A stretch of DNA of 52,415 nucleotides, taken from the NCBI GenBank assembly GCA_947458335.1, contig CANGYW010000001.1, positions 1-52,415 of the forward strand, read 5' to 3'. The notes beneath the pieces are model-generated. The model ran no database searches, had not been told where the DNA came from, and saw only the letters and a list, made by a program, of their open reading frames with translations. Source of the stretch: Chitinophagaceae bacterium (GTDB lineage: Bacteria > Bacteroidota > Bacteroidia > Chitinophagales > Chitinophagaceae). This document shows, piece after piece, positions 11,101 to 21,082 of the stretch (its first letter is position 1; the number at the start of each line of letters is the position of its first letter). The position numbers and the translations under genes are program-made.

Positions 11101-14100
11101 TTTTCGTCTAGTTGCTGCAAACGAAGTTCATTAAACCATACCTCTGCACATAGGGCCTCTTGCTGTGCATTCTCAACACCCAGTAAGATACCCCTTACCT
11201 CGCCGAGGTTAGGATTTCCTAGAATAGCGTATGTGCGACCATTGGCTAGCCGCTCGCGATAATACCGCGAGGGAGCGATACCCGCCTTGTTGCGGCGCAC
11301 CTTTAGATCCATCAGGTCTTGCAGCGAAAGATTCAGATTGTTGATCTCTGGCCAGATATTGACACTATCTCTTTCTCCAAACTCAGTTCGCTTGAGCGGA
11401 ATTTTAACTTCGTAATAGTTGCCGTTAAAATCATTTCCGATTCGCACTACTGCATACACATCACCGGGCTGAATCGGCTGAGCCCCTTCGACTGACTCGG
11501 CGTGAATGAACATGTCGAGCTTTCCGTATTGACGTAGATCCATGTTCATGGTCTTGAATACACCTCTCGCCTCATACTGCGGCAAACCACAAACCTGCAT
11601 GCTCAACGCCTGTTCATTTAAGAAAAGAGCTACATTATTATTGCTGAGTTGCTGTTGCCTTTCGATGCCGGGTGGAATGCGGTAGACGACAGGTTGTCGC
11701 TGGTCATTTTCCTCTACATTCACGGATAGCGTATTAAAAGCGACAAAATCCGGAATCGGCAAGTTGGTGTAAGCGCCGGTCGTATCGATCCTATTTCTGA
11801 ATTTTCTCCACTGGTTTCTGATCAGTTCCAACTTACCAAAACGCATTACAATTGAGTCGGTAAATCCCGTTACAAACATTCGAATAAAACGAATGGACTT
11901 GAAATCGGGTATATTACCCACCTTACGTTCAAATTGCTCCACCGGAATACGAAACAGATACCAACGCTCAGTACGAGTTTGCCCATTGGCAAGCGTTACC
12001 GTAGGCGTTCGAACATCGGTGATATAATTAGAGCCGGGCACCATGTTCGGTAATATATCGACGCGGTATTGAAAATACTCCTCAGCCTCGTTCATCGTAT
12101 TATCTCGGTTAAGCTCTTCGGCATCGGGATACTGGCTAAAGGCTGTAACGAACTGAGTATTGTTGGTAGAAATAGGAGAGTTACCGTGCGGATTGTTGAT
12201 ATTCTTATAGCGGCGTAAAATACCGGCATTTTGTTGATCGAAAGAGGCATCACGATACGGCTTAAAATTATCACCCGAAGGATCTAGTAAAGCCTGCTGA
12301 TATATCGTAGAGGCAGCCCCAAAATTATTTCGTAATTGCTCAAGGTAATTATTGAATTTATTTTTTTCTCCCTCATCAGTAAGACCATCAAAGCCCACAT
12401 CTTGAAAAACACGATCGGTGGCTACATTACTGAATGCATTGGTCACTTGCAGGGGAATGGCCGGAACGCTTCCCCAGGCACCACTGCTGTCTACGCGAGC
12501 GTTGTTGGTGGGAGTAGGTAACCCATTTTCGTATTGACGTCTTCCGTCACGCAAGACATCTTCCGAAATATTACCGAGATTAAAATACAGTTGACCCCCC
12601 GTCGGGTTGGTCACATTGTTAATAAAGGGATCTTGCAGCCAAAACTCTATGAACTCAACATTGCCGGTCTCAAAATCAGTTTGATCGATGTTGCGCATTA
12701 ACCCTCCCCAAGCATTGCGGGGGTTGCGCAAATTTCCCAATGCGTTGATTCGATTCGGATCGGTCTCAAAATTATAGGGGCCTCTTTCTTTTGGATAAAA
12801 GGCCAAATCGAAGGTGGTCAGCAGCCCTTCACCGAATTGAGTACTACGCCGTGGAAAGATCTCACGCTGTAATACTTGCCGAACACGTGGGTCAGACAAT
12901 TCGTTTACATCATTGATAGGATTATTAGGACTTCTTTTCTCTTGCAATACCGGTTCAATATTGTACCAAGCCAATTTGGCTCTGTTTCGTCCACTGCGCA
13001 GATCATCATTCAGAGCAGACTCAGGAAAGAGCCCATTTCCCTGCGGAACTGAGGCCAATGTCCAACTCAGCAGCGGAAAACGTAGATCGATGGCAGCTCT
13101 AGCCCCCTCAAAGTCATCAATATAAACTTGCCCGGATCGCTGGGGCGTTCCGTCGTAATTCGTCCCATTGATTTGACGAGCATGTCCGGGTTGTAACACT
13201 GCTGCTTCGGCATAGGCAGTAATAGAGGACGGTGCTTTGGCCGTGTAGAACGGAAGTTTATCGAGCAACTTACTAAGCCGCGGCAGATCGTTTCGATAAT
13301 CAAGATCTGCTCCGAACATAGCATTTCGAATAGGATCCTCTCCGTACGATTGCTTGATGAAGAAAGGACGCTCGCCCAACCGTACCACTGTGCCACCGAT
13401 ACTAAGACGTTTGTTGGCCAAATAATCTAGCCGTAGACCTAGAAAATTCTTTTGTTGAAAGCCAAATGCTTGGTTGTTTTCGTAATTGATATCTACCGGC
13501 ACACCCGCACTAATAATGGAGGGGTTTACAATGCGAAGAGTTCCCAAATCGTAATTGATCTCGTAATCGACATTCTCTGTTAAAAGTTGTCCGCCGGCGG
13601 TAACTCGCACCGATCCCCTGGGAATATTAAATCCTAATTGATACTCACTGCTGCCAGACTGTCCGGGCATAGCACCATTCATTCCGCCCATGGTGTTCGC
13701 ACCAGCGCCAAATCCAGCTGAACGAGAGCGACCAAAAAGCTTAAATCGATTGAGGTTGGCAAAGGTCTGCGCAATGGCTTTGATGGTATCGTAGAGTGGA
13801 TAAAAAAGATATTTACTACGCGTAGCTGCATCGGGATATAGATAATCAAGGTCATGCCCAAAGGGCTCCAGCACCGGAAAAATAATGCGGCTTTGAGAAG
13901 AGATCACGGTAAATCCTTCGATAAAGTCAAATACCCCATCGGGTTGCGGATCATTTTGATTATTGAGACGATCGAGGTTGACTTGGGCAATAATCGGCAT
14001 GCCTTTGTAGGGATCCAACACGTCTGCAGGTGGCAAATAACGCTTTTCTCCCAAAGAAGGTTCTTCGTACAAAAGATCCAAACTAAAATCTTGCCTTTCG

Positions 14101-15647
14101 AGTTGCCCGAAACCAACCGAATAAACATTTTTCATCATCAGATCCCAAATGGGTAATTGGGTACGCTGCGATGTAGCCTTGAGTAATTTTAAGAATAATA
14201 CTCGTTGCAAATTTCCGGTCGTATCGGGGGGTACATCTTGCGAAAATTCTCCAAGCTGATACACTCTTCCATTATACGTATACTGAATGGCAACGCCCAA
14301 CACTTCGTCGGGCTGTAAGGGTTGGTTTAATGAGATGAATCCGATCTGCGGATTAAAATAATACTCGGTAGGCTGCAGCTTTCTTGCAAATGTCTTTTCA
14401 AAATCTTGCACCGGTGTTAATCCCGCTGTCGTTAATGCAGATTGCACTTGCGATGAGTTACGGTACGCCGGGTTTGCCACCAACAAGGAGTATAAATTAT
14501 TCGCTCCGTTTTGAGGAAGCGGATTGCCACCCCCCGAGAGCAAAGGAGAGAAGGGCCTGTTTTCTCCCAAATCCATAAATGCTACCACATCACGCGTATC
14601 GGTAGTGGTTCCGTTTCTGTTGGTAACCCAAGCCTCTACCCTAAGAATCTGCACCCGAGAGTTGACCACGGGTAGTTGTTTCATGGCCTGGTTGTACTGA
14701 TTTCGAAAATAGTGCGCCATTAGAAAGTGACGATTCTCGTCGTACTCATCGGCCCTTAACATAAATCGCTGTGCTGTTGCACCCCCTTGCACCCCCATTG
14801 ACTGGCGTTGAGAACGCTGATCGGCCAGTACCGTTGTTACGAATAATTTTCCAAACTGAAGTTGCGTCTTAACACCAAACAAAGATTGTGCGCCCGGAAT
14901 AAGTGTTCCCTTCGAGGCAAAACTCGTATTCCCTGCCTCGAACTGCTTGATAATATCATCATCTTGTCCTTTAAAATCCAGCTTTAACTGGTTATCGAAA
15001 TTAAAATTGGCCAGCGTGTTGTAGTTGATCGGGAGCTTTAACTTCTCACCAATCTGCGCATCCATTTGCAACTGAGAGCTCATGTTAAAATCAAAGCCTC
15101 CATTACGACGTGCTCGCTCGGGCAAGGTGGGATTTTTAATATTTTGACCTTGGTATCCTGCCAAAAAATCTACAAACCCGGCTGGCTTGATATCGATCTT
15201 TACCTTACCGTCCGGACCCACGCCCATTATTCGATTGTACCAATCATTACTCACCCTGAACCGAGGCCGATCGAGCCGCCTGTTCATAGCATTGAGCATC
15301 GATGCCCTCTTTCGAAAATATTCCACTTCGTCCTGGCGTCCTTTCAACTGTAGAAATTCCTCCATAGAAAAAGTGGCCGGCGTTCGGTAGTATTGGTTGC
15401 CGATCATCTCGGTGCTGTAGTAGCGTCTGGTAATTGGATCGTACTCGACCCTTCTTCTTACGATGGATGTATCGCGCAGATCAAATCCAAAAGATCGACG
15501 TTGCAAATAAGGACTGGCGTAGCGATCGTAGAGGGGAAAGCGGAGGGTATCGGTACGCAGCATCTCTGCTCCCGCCGAAAGAGAAAACACCCACGTAGCA
15601 ATCCATACAAAAACGGGTCCAACAATATTTGCGGCAAAACGAATCAA
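8184..15647 (-). CDS. sprA: T9SS outer-membrane translocon SprA
   Basis: 2487 aa with GAQSLFGVKTQLQFGKL, WDLMMKNVYS, YIDDFEG, RAKLAWY, IEFW, FKSIRFIRM, EVWFNELR; adjacent to ruvA as is usual in Bacteroidota. Confidence 0.95.
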   Translation of the reverse strand: MIRFAANIVGPVFVWIATWVFSLSAGAEMLRTDTLRFPLYDRYASPYLQRRSFGFDLRDTSIVRRRVEYDPITRRYYSTEMIGNQYYRTPATFSMEEFLQLKGRQDEVEYFRKRASMLNAMNRRLDRPRFRVSNDWYNRIMGVGPDGKVKIDIKPAGFVDFLAGYQGQNIKNPTLPERARRNGGFDFNMSSQLQMDAQIGEKLKLPINYNTLANFNFDNQLKLDFKGQDDDIIKQFEAGNTSFASKGTLIPGAQSLFGVKTQLQFGKLFVTTVLADQRSQRQSMGVQGGATAQRFMLRADEYDENRHFLMAHYFRNQYNQAMKQLPVVNSRVQILRVEAWVTNRNGTTTDTRDVVAFMDLGENRPFSPLLSGGGNPLPQNGANNLYSLLVANPAYRNSSQVQSALTTAGLTPVQDFEKTFARKLQPTEYYFNPQIGFISLNQPLQPDEVLGVAIQYTYNGRVYQLGEFSQDVPPDTTGNLQRVLFLKLLKATSQRTQLPIWDLMMKNVYSVGFGQLERQDFSLDLLYEEPSLGEKRYLPPADVLDPYKGMPIIAQVNLDRLNNQNDPQPDGVFDFIEGFTVISSQSRIIFPVLEPFGHDLDYLYPDAATRSKYLFYPLYDTIKAIAQTFANLNRFKLFGRSRSAGFGAGANTMGGMNGAMPGQSGSSEYQLGFNIPRGSVRVTAGGQLLTENVDYEINYDLGTLRIVNPSIISAGVPVDINYENNQAFGFQQKNFLGLRLDYLANKRLSIGGTVVRLGERPFFIKQSYGEDPIRNAMFGADLDYRNDLPRLSKLLDKLPFYTAKAPSSITAYAEAAVLQPGHARQINGTNYDGTPQRSGQVYIDDFEGARAAIDLRFPLLSWTLASVPQGNGLFPESALNDDLRSGRNRAKLAWYNIEPVLQEKRSPNNPINDVNELSDPRVRQVLQREIFPRRSTQFGEGLLTTFDLAFYPKERGPYNFETDPNRINALGNLRNPRNAWGGLMRNIDQTDFETGNVEFIEFWLQDPFINNVTNPTGGQLYFNLGNISEDVLRDGRRQYENGLPTPTNNARVDSSGAWGSVPAIPLQVTNAFSNVATDRVFQDVGFDGLTDEGEKNKFNNYLEQLRNNFGAASTIYQQALLDPSGDNFKPYRDASFDQQNAGILRRYKNINNPHGNSPISTNNTQFVTAFSQYPDAEELNRDNTMNEAEEYFQYRVDILPNMVPGSNYITDVRTPTVTLANGQTRTERWYLFRIPVEQFERKVGNIPDFKSIRFIRMFVTGFTDSIVMRFGKLELIRNQWRKFRNRIDTTGAYTNLPIPDFVAFNTLSVNVEENDQRQPVVYRIPPGIERQQQLSNNNVALFLNEQALSMQVCGLPQYEARGVFKTMNMDLRQYGKLDMFIHAESVEGAQPIQPGDVYAVVRIGNDFNGNYYEVKIPLKRTEFGERDSVNIWPEINNLNLSLQDLMDLKVRRNKAGIAPSRYYRERLANGRTYAILGNPNLGEVRGILLGVENAQQEALCAEVWFNELRLQQLDEKGGWAALGRADIKLSDLGTISLSGSARSRGFGTLEQRVNERSREDIYTADAALTIEAGKLLPQKLGMQIPLYAGISHRSSTPEYDPYDLDIDLRSKLRDAERSKRDSIRTDAQDVSTIKTFNLTNVKVAPKEGKQPKPWSASNFDLTYSYIQTLAYNPLIEADELRRTRAVIGYAFAPTAKSIEPFRKLIRSNSRWLALLRDFNFNYVPSQFSFRADVFRQFGATRPRNVGGGPYKIPETYNKYFTFDRFYVLQWNLTRSLSMDFSAVNNARIDEPFGRIDNTAKKDSVRTNLFKGGRNTQYQQDVTVNYNVPTSKIPLLDWTSMRASFNSKYNWLASSLLARSLGNKITNAQTRTLNGELKWEELYNKSLLIRKLNNTMAAGNAGARSRTRAVNAGAGQGPDSKGVVKRRGARRPPADFGKPDDAATGAPSRDNTYVDGRDTRTNNRAENVFAPASLRFRYDTVRNKEGEIVKIKKVKIKKVKEPAEKAMRPEAQLSAVARAGLQFATMVKRTAIQYSEDMGTILPGYMDSTSLLGINRRSFQPGFGYVFGYQPDTNWINRFGQQGLLSRDSLVSAMIQQRFNQRLNITAQISPIKDFTIDLNLDKTFDKQYSELYKDTTGFSGLARLNPYALGSFSISYISFQTLFAPFDPNIVSGTFKQFEANRRILSARLASLNPYQSGAVGPDGYAKGYGRFAQEVVIPSFLAAYTQKDPATIKLFSNSNPSMRANPFKSLMPLPNWTITYNGLSRLPGLDKLFTNFSLRHGYKSSLSMNSFNTALLFTDPLRVGYPSFRDTLSGNFIPYFLVPNITIQEAFEPLIEIDMTFTNQLQTRFEFRKSRQLSLSLIDYQLAENRSTEVTFGLNWRKKGLPLIKNIPFGKNGTKLDNDVTLRMDFSLRDDATANSKLDQGTAFGTGGQRVVRIAPAIDYVLNNKVNMRLYFEQNRTIPKISSAFPVTNTRAGVQVRISLAQ

Positions 15648-15676
15648 TCTGCTCTGGTAGTTAGTTTTGGAACGGA

Positions 15677-16258
15677 CTACAGTGAACGAAGCGTTAGCTT
15701 GATCAACTCTTCTGCTCCCAGGTCCGGGTGGTTTTTGAGCACCTTTTCAAGCGCCAACGAAGCCGCTTGTCTGGAGATGCCCAAGGCCATCAGAGCATTT
15801 AACGAATCTTGGTGCAAAGTATTGTTTATCAGAGTAGAATTATTTGTTTCTAGAGGATGCTTGGCCAACTTGTCCTTGAGCTCCAGCACCATCCGCTCCG
15901 CTGTTTTTTTGCCAATTCCCTTGATGGCCTCCAACGAACGGGTATCACCCCTCAAAATAGCCCCGGCCAGTTCTTCGGGCTTCATGTACGAGAGCATGAC
16001 CCTGGCAGTGCTAGCTCCGATACCCGATACACCTATAAGCTGTTGAAATATATCCCTTTCTGAAAGATCAAAAAATCCAAAAAGCAAATGTGCATCCTCC
16101 CTAATCAGCAAATGAGTGTACAGCATGCCCTCCGAAAGAGGCTCAATCTTAGAATAAGTATTTAGACTTATATTAACCTCGTAACCCACACCCCCCACCT
16201 CTATCCAGACCTGTGCAGGCGTCTTTTGAATGAACTTACCTTTCAAGAAACTGATCAT
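15677..16258 (-). CDS. ruvA: Holliday junction branch migration protein RuvA
   Basis: GGVGYEV, IRED..LFGF, VSGIG, GIGKKTAERMVLELKDK. Confidence 0.97.
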   Translation of the reverse strand: MISFLKGKFIQKTPAQVWIEVGGVGYEVNISLNTYSKIEPLSEGMLYTHLLIREDAHLLFGFFDLSERDIFQQLIGVSGIGASTARVMLSYMKPEELAGAILRGDTRSLEAIKGIGKKTAERMVLELKDKLAKHPLETNNSTLINNTLHQDSLNALMALGISRQAASLALEKVLKNHPDLGAEELIKLTLRSL

Positions 16259-16261
16259 ACT

Positions 16262-16299
16262 GCAAGGTAAGAAGCCAGCCCTGCTTTACCTTAACTTTG
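16262..16299. promoter_or_regulatory. Divergent -7 elements for ruvA-sprA (minus) and fabH (plus)
   Basis: Minus TACCTTGC at 16269-16262; plus TAACTTTG at 16292-16299. Confidence 0.55.
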
Positions 16300-16321
16300 T
16301 GCAATTTTTCAATCCATTAGC

Positions 16322-17326
16322 ATGCACAGCAAGATACAAGCAGCCATCACGGCAGTGGGCGGGTATGTTCCCGAAGATAAACTCACCAATTTCGACCTCG
16401 AAAAAATGGTCGACACCAACGACGAATGGATTCGAACCCGCACTGGTATTTCAGAAAGAAGAATTCAAAAAGAAAAGGGGAAAGCCACCTCAGACATGGT
16501 GGTACCGGCTGTGCTTGAACTCTGTAAAAAAAGAGGTATCAGCCCCGATGAGATCGAGTGCCTGATTGTAGGCACCGTTACTCCCGACATGGTCTTTCCA
16601 TCTACCGCTAACCTGGTCTGTGCTAAGATTGGCGCCACACAGGCCTGGGGATTCGATCTGTCCGCTGCTTGCTCCGGCTTTTTATTTGCTCTTGCGCAAG
16701 GAGCCGCACTCATCGAGAGCGGTCGCTATAAAAAAGTGGTGGTTTGCGGAGCCGATAAGATGAGTGCTATCATCGATTATCAAGACAGAGCTACCTGCAT
16801 CATCTTTGGGGATGGAGCCGGAGCTGTGTTACTCGAACCCGATACAAGTGGATACGGCATCAAGGACAGCATCTTGCGCACCGATGGAAATGGAGCCAGT
16901 TACCTGCACATGAAAGCAGGCGGATCGCTTCGTCCGGCCAGCGCCGAGACAGTAGCCAATCGCGAACATTACGCCTATCAAGAGGGACAAGCCGTATTTA
17001 AGTTTGCCGTAAAAGGAATGGCAGACGTGAGTGCCGAATTGATGGAGAGAAATAATCTGAGCGGCGACGACATTTCTTGGTTAGTACCGCATCAAGCTAA
17101 CCTACGCATTATTGACGCTACCGCCAACCGCATGGGACTGACTACCGATAAAGTGATGATCAATATCGACCGGTATGGTAATACCACTGCGGCCACCATT
17201 CCCTTGTGCTTGTGGGAATGGGAATCAAAACTCAAAAAAGGAGACAACATTATTCTAGCTTCGTTCGGCGGAGGATTTACCTGGGGCGCCATTTGGGTAA
17301 AATGGGCCTATGACTTCAACGCTTAA
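16322..17326 (+). CDS. fabH: Beta-ketoacyl-ACP synthase III
   Basis: [43 protein letters not shown]. Confidence 0.97.
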   Translation: MHSKIQAAITAVGGYVPEDKLTNFDLEKMVDTNDEWIRTRTGISERRIQKEKGKATSDMVVPAVLELCKKRGISPDEIECLIVGTVTPDMVFPSTANLVCAKIGATQAWGFDLSAACSGFLFALAQGAALIESGRYKKVVVCGADKMSAIIDYQDRATCIIFGDGAGAVLLEPDTSGYGIKDSILRTDGNGASYLHMKAGGSLRPASAETVANREHYAYQEGQAVFKFAVKGMADVSAELMERNNLSGDDISWLVPHQANLRIIDATANRMGLTTDKVMINIDRYGNTTAATIPLCLWEWESKLKKGDNIILASFGGGFTWGAIWVKWAYDFNA

Positions 17327-17335
17327 TAGCTTCTT

Positions 17336-18541
17336 ATGAAAAATACTAAGACAACAAAAGGCTGGGGATCTGTGGCTGTACATGGCGGACATCGCCCCGA
17401 CGCAGCGCATGCTCATCTGACCCCAATCTATGCCAGCAGCACCTATGTATTCGATAGTGCAGAGCAAGGGATGCATCGCTTTACCGGACAAGAACCCGGG
17501 TATATTTATGCGCGTTGGGGCAACCCCACCGTTACCGAGGCCGAAGAGAAAATCGCGTTGCTCGAGACCTATGGACTAAACATAGAAGCCAAAGGAATCT
17601 TACACGCTTCGGGCATGGCGGCTATTACGACCCTCTTAATGAGCACACTTAGCCAGGGCGATAAAATTCTTTCTCACTTTTCGCTTTATGGAGGCACCGA
17701 TGAGCTGGTACATCGCATCTTACCCCGCTTTGGTATTAGTGCTGTCATTGGCGATCTGCGCGACCTCGATCAAGCCGAAGAGTTATTGAAAGCGGATCGC
17801 TCCATCAAGATGCTCTATCTCGAAACACCAGCGAATCCTACGTTGCAATGCGTAGATCTGGCTGCCCTTTGTGCATTGGCTAAAAAATACAATTGCCTGG
17901 TAGCTTGTGATAATACATTTGCTACGCCCTACCTACAGCAACCACTCGCACATGGTGCAGACTTTGTTATTCACTCTACTACTAAATTTCTCAACGGACA
18001 TGGTACTGCAATTGGAGGGATTCTGATAGGAAAAGATGTGGAGCGCATGAAAACGTCGATTGGAAAATTCTTTCGCACCACCGGAGCCTGTGCCAGCCCC
18101 TTTGATGCCTATTTATTAACGCAAGGCATCAAAACCCTTGAGGTAAGAATGGACAAACACTGCACCAATGCCGAGCAGGTCGCCGCTTTTCTTAATCAGC
18201 ATGCGGCAGTAGCACGCGTAAACTATACCGGACTCTCCTCTCATCCCGATCATGCCATCGCAGCTAAACAGATGCGTCATGCCGGAGCGCTGCTCAGCTT
18301 TGAATTAAAAAAAGGATTACAAGGTGGTATTGATTTTATGAATAAACTTCAACTCTGTGTTCGGGCTGTGTCGCTGGGCACTTGTGACACGCTACTCTCG
18401 CATCCGGCCTCGATGACACACTTTAGTGTTCCCAAAGAAGAAAAAGAAAAATACGGCATCACCGACGGACTCATTCGCATGCATGTGGGTATCGAAACAG
18501 CGACAGACATCATAGCCGACCTTAATCAAGCTTTAGATTAA
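17336..18541 (+). CDS. PLP-dependent trans-sulfuration family enzyme (cystathionine/methionine gamma-lyase-like)
   Basis: YARWGNPT, SGMAAI, ETPANP, DNTFATP, HSTTKFLNGH, AVSLG, HPASMTH. Confidence 0.88.
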   Translation: MKNTKTTKGWGSVAVHGGHRPDAAHAHLTPIYASSTYVFDSAEQGMHRFTGQEPGYIYARWGNPTVTEAEEKIALLETYGLNIEAKGILHASGMAAITTLLMSTLSQGDKILSHFSLYGGTDELVHRILPRFGISAVIGDLRDLDQAEELLKADRSIKMLYLETPANPTLQCVDLAALCALAKKYNCLVACDNTFATPYLQQPLAHGADFVIHSTTKFLNGHGTAIGGILIGKDVERMKTSIGKFFRTTGACASPFDAYLLTQGIKTLEVRMDKHCTNAEQVAAFLNQHAAVARVNYTGLSSHPDHAIAAKQMRHAGALLSFELKKGLQGGIDFMNKLQLCVRAVSLGTCDTLLSHPASMTHFSVPKEEKEKYGITDGLIRMHVGIETATDIIADLNQALD

Positions 18542-18546
18542 TCAGA

Positions 18547-19011
18547 TTGACAACTCCACTTACCATACGACCTGCAGAGCGTAAAGACTGCCCACGACTC
18601 CTGCAATTGATTCAAGAACTGGCCGACTACGAAAAAGCACCAAACGAAGTAACGGTGCATCCATCACATTTTGCAGAGAGTGGATTTGGAAAAAATCCCG
18701 TTTGGTGGGCTTTTGTAGCAGAAGATGATAACGGAATTCATGGATTTGCGCTTTATTATATCCGTTACTCCACCTGGAAAGGACAATGTCTTTACCTCGA
18801 AGATATTATTGTTACCGCTGCCATGCGGGGCAATGGAATTGGCGCAGCGCTCTTCGAAACCATCCTACAAGAAGCTAAAGAAAAGAAAATGGCACGTGTC
18901 TGTTGGCAAGTGCTAGAGTGGAACGAACCAGCCATCCACTTTTATAAAAAATATAAGGCCAACTTTGATCCGGAATGGCTCAATGGCGCCATCGAAATTC
19001 AACTCAATTAA
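18547..19011 (+). CDS. GNAT acetyltransferase, spermidine/spermine acetyltransferase-like
   Basis: ELADYEK, YSTWKG..LYLEDI, RGNGIG, VLEWNEPAI.FY; TTG start. Confidence 0.85.
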   Translation: MTTPLTIRPAERKDCPRLLQLIQELADYEKAPNEVTVHPSHFAESGFGKNPVWWAFVAEDDNGIHGFALYYIRYSTWKGQCLYLEDIIVTAAMRGNGIGAALFETILQEAKEKKMARVCWQVLEWNEPAIHFYKKYKANFDPEWLNGAIEIQLN

Positions 19012-19028
19012 AGCGCCGTACATGCATT

Positions 19029-19907
19029 TTATCCAACCGAAGCCACCGCAGATTCTTTATTGATCTTCTGTATGAGCCCCTGCAATACTTTTCCGGGTCC
19101 CACTTCGGTAAATTGAGTGGCGCCATCAGCGACCATCGCTTGAATACTCTGCGTCCATTTAACAGGTCCTGTCAGTTGATTGATAAGATTCTGTTTGATC
19201 TCTTCTGAATCCATAACGGCCTTGGCCACTACATTTTGATAGACCGGACAAACAGGTTGATAAAAGGTTGCAGACTGAATAGCGGTTTTTAGGATCTCCT
19301 CGGCAGGCTTCATGAGTGGCGAGTGAAATGCACCACCTACCGGCAATACGAGCGCTCTTTTAGCTCCGGCCTCTTTGAGCGCAACACATGCCTTTTCGAT
19401 TCCGGCCACCGAACCACTAATTACCAGCTGTCCGGGACAATTGTAGTTGGCAGGTACCACTACCTCTTGAATAGCGGCGCAGATTTCGGCCACCTTTTCA
19501 TCGGCCAGTCCCAAAATTGCAGCCATCGTACCGGGTTGTTGCTCGCAAGCAAGCTGCATAGCATTGGCGCGTGCGGCTACCAAGCGCAAGGCATCTTCGA
19601 AACTAAGCACTCCAGCAGCTACCAGCGCAGAAAACTCTCCGAGAGAATGACCGGCCACCATATCAGGCCTCACCTGCTCGATACTCTTGTAGGCTACTAC
19701 TGAGTGTAAAAAAATAGCAGGCTGTGTAACATCGGTGCGACGAAGATCTTCTTCGCTACCCGAAAACATGATATCCGACAAACGAAAACCCAACTGCTCG
19801 TTGGCCTGCTCCATAATTTTTTTAGCAAAGGCCGATTGCTCATAGTAGTGCTTGGCCATACCCGGAAATTGAGCGCCCTGCCCGGGAAAAACATATGCAT
19901 GCTTCAT
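19029..19907 (-). CDS. fabD: Malonyl-CoA:ACP transacylase
   Basis: FPGQGAQ, TQPAI, GHSLGE, GAFHS, EVGPGKVL. Confidence 0.97.
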   Translation of the reverse strand: MKHAYVFPGQGAQFPGMAKHYYEQSAFAKKIMEQANEQLGFRLSDIMFSGSEEDLRRTDVTQPAIFLHSVVAYKSIEQVRPDMVAGHSLGEFSALVAAGVLSFEDALRLVAARANAMQLACEQQPGTMAAILGLADEKVAEICAAIQEVVVPANYNCPGQLVISGSVAGIEKACVALKEAGAKRALVLPVGGAFHSPLMKPAEEILKTAIQSATFYQPVCPVYQNVVAKAVMDSEEIKQNLINQLTGPVKWTQSIQAMVADGATQFTEVGPGKVLQGLIQKINKESAVASVG

Positions 19908-19911
19908 AGCA

Positions 19912-19944
19912 AGAGAGAGATTAGATTAGATTAAATTAAATTAA
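19912..19944. repeat. Short simple-sequence repeat: (AG)4 then ATTAG x2 and ATTAA x3, in the folE-fabD spacer
   Basis: agagagag attag attag attaa attaa attaa read directly. Confidence 0.7.
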
Positions 19945-19975
19945 AATGGAAAACGTCAAGCTAATGTAGATGATA

Positions 19976-20572
19976 CTAGTTTAGTTTGGCGCCGATCAGC
20001 CTCATAAATTCGCTGCGGGTAGAGTTCTTATGAAACTCACCATCAAAAGCAGAGGTAGTGGTGACAGAATTCTGTTTTTGAACGCCACGCATCATCATAC
20101 AAAGATGCTGCGCCTCGACCACCACGGCTACTCCCAATGGATTTAGCGTTTCTTTGATAGCATCTTTTATTTGAATGGTAAGTCGTTCCTGCACCTGCAT
20201 ACGTCTGGCAAATACATCGACTACGCGGGCCACTTTGCTAAGCCCCGTAATCCATCCATTGGGGATGTAAGCCACGTGGGCCTTTCCGAAAAAGGGTAAC
20301 ATATGATGTTCGCACATGCTAAACACCTCTATGTCTTTGACAACAATCATTTCACTGACATCCTCATGAAACTTTGCTGAATTCAAGATGGCTTTGGCAT
20401 CGAGCTGGTATCCTTGCGTTAGAAACTGCATGGCTTTGGCCACCCGCTCGGGTGTTTTTAGCAGCCCTTCACGTTCGGGATCCTCTCCCAACCAGGCAAT
20501 GGCCTCTTTGTAATTTTTGGTGAGAGCCGACGTGGCTTTCTCATCATACTGCTCTGATTTGTGGTAGGCCAT
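19976..20572 (-). CDS. folE: GTP cyclohydrolase I
   Basis: [42 protein letters not shown]. Start moved to ATG 20572. Confidence 0.97.
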   Translation of the reverse strand: MAYHKSEQYDEKATSALTKNYKEAIAWLGEDPEREGLLKTPERVAKAMQFLTQGYQLDAKAILNSAKFHEDVSEMIVVKDIEVFSMCEHHMLPFFGKAHVAYIPNGWITGLSKVARVVDVFARRMQVQERLTIQIKDAIKETLNPLGVAVVVEAQHLCMMMRGVQKQNSVTTTSAFDGEFHKNSTRSEFMRLIGAKLN

Positions 20573-20582
20573 ACTTTTTTTA

Positions 20583-20996
20583 TTAGGCGGGATAATCAAC
20601 AAAATTGCGAGCCGTTTCGTAGAGTCGGATCTGCAGCTCGTGCTTGGAATCGATATGCGGACGCAGCAACTCATAAATAACAATAGCAATATTCTCAGCC
20701 GTAGGGTTGAGATGCTTGAACTCTTGGGTGTCGAGATTAAGATTACGATGATCGAAGCGCTCCACGATCTGTGCCTTTACCAGATCACTGATCCATTTCA
20801 TATCGACCACATAGCCGGTATCCGGATCGGGTTCGCCCATTATCTTTACGATCAACTCGTAGTTATGTCCGTGATAGTTGGGAAGCGCGCATTTACCAAA
20901 CACCTTTTCGTTTTGCTCAGCAGCCCAGTCGGGGCGGTACAGGCGGTGGGCAGCATTGAAATGCTCTTTTCTGTATACGGCTACTCGTTTGGACAT
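20583..20996 (-). CDS. 6-pyruvoyl-tetrahydropterin synthase (PTPS/QueD family), copy 1
   Basis: [20 protein letters not shown] (Cx5HGH), DHRNLN, PTAEN, YET. Confidence 0.9.
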   Translation of the reverse strand: MSKRVAVYRKEHFNAAHRLYRPDWAAEQNEKVFGKCALPNYHGHNYELIVKIMGEPDPDTGYVVDMKWISDLVKAQIVERFDHRNLNLDTQEFKHLNPTAENIAIVIYELLRPHIDSKHELQIRLYETARNFVDYPA

Positions 20997-21082
20997 AATA
21001 GTGATTGGGTAAAACTTCTATCGAAAGTAGGGTAAACAAATCTGCGGACAATTAGTTCGAAATTTGTTTAAAGATAAGGCAA

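Noticed and set aside
15393-16046. 217-aa plus-strand ORF
   Set aside because: Antisense shadow of sprA/ruvA with no recognisable motifs.
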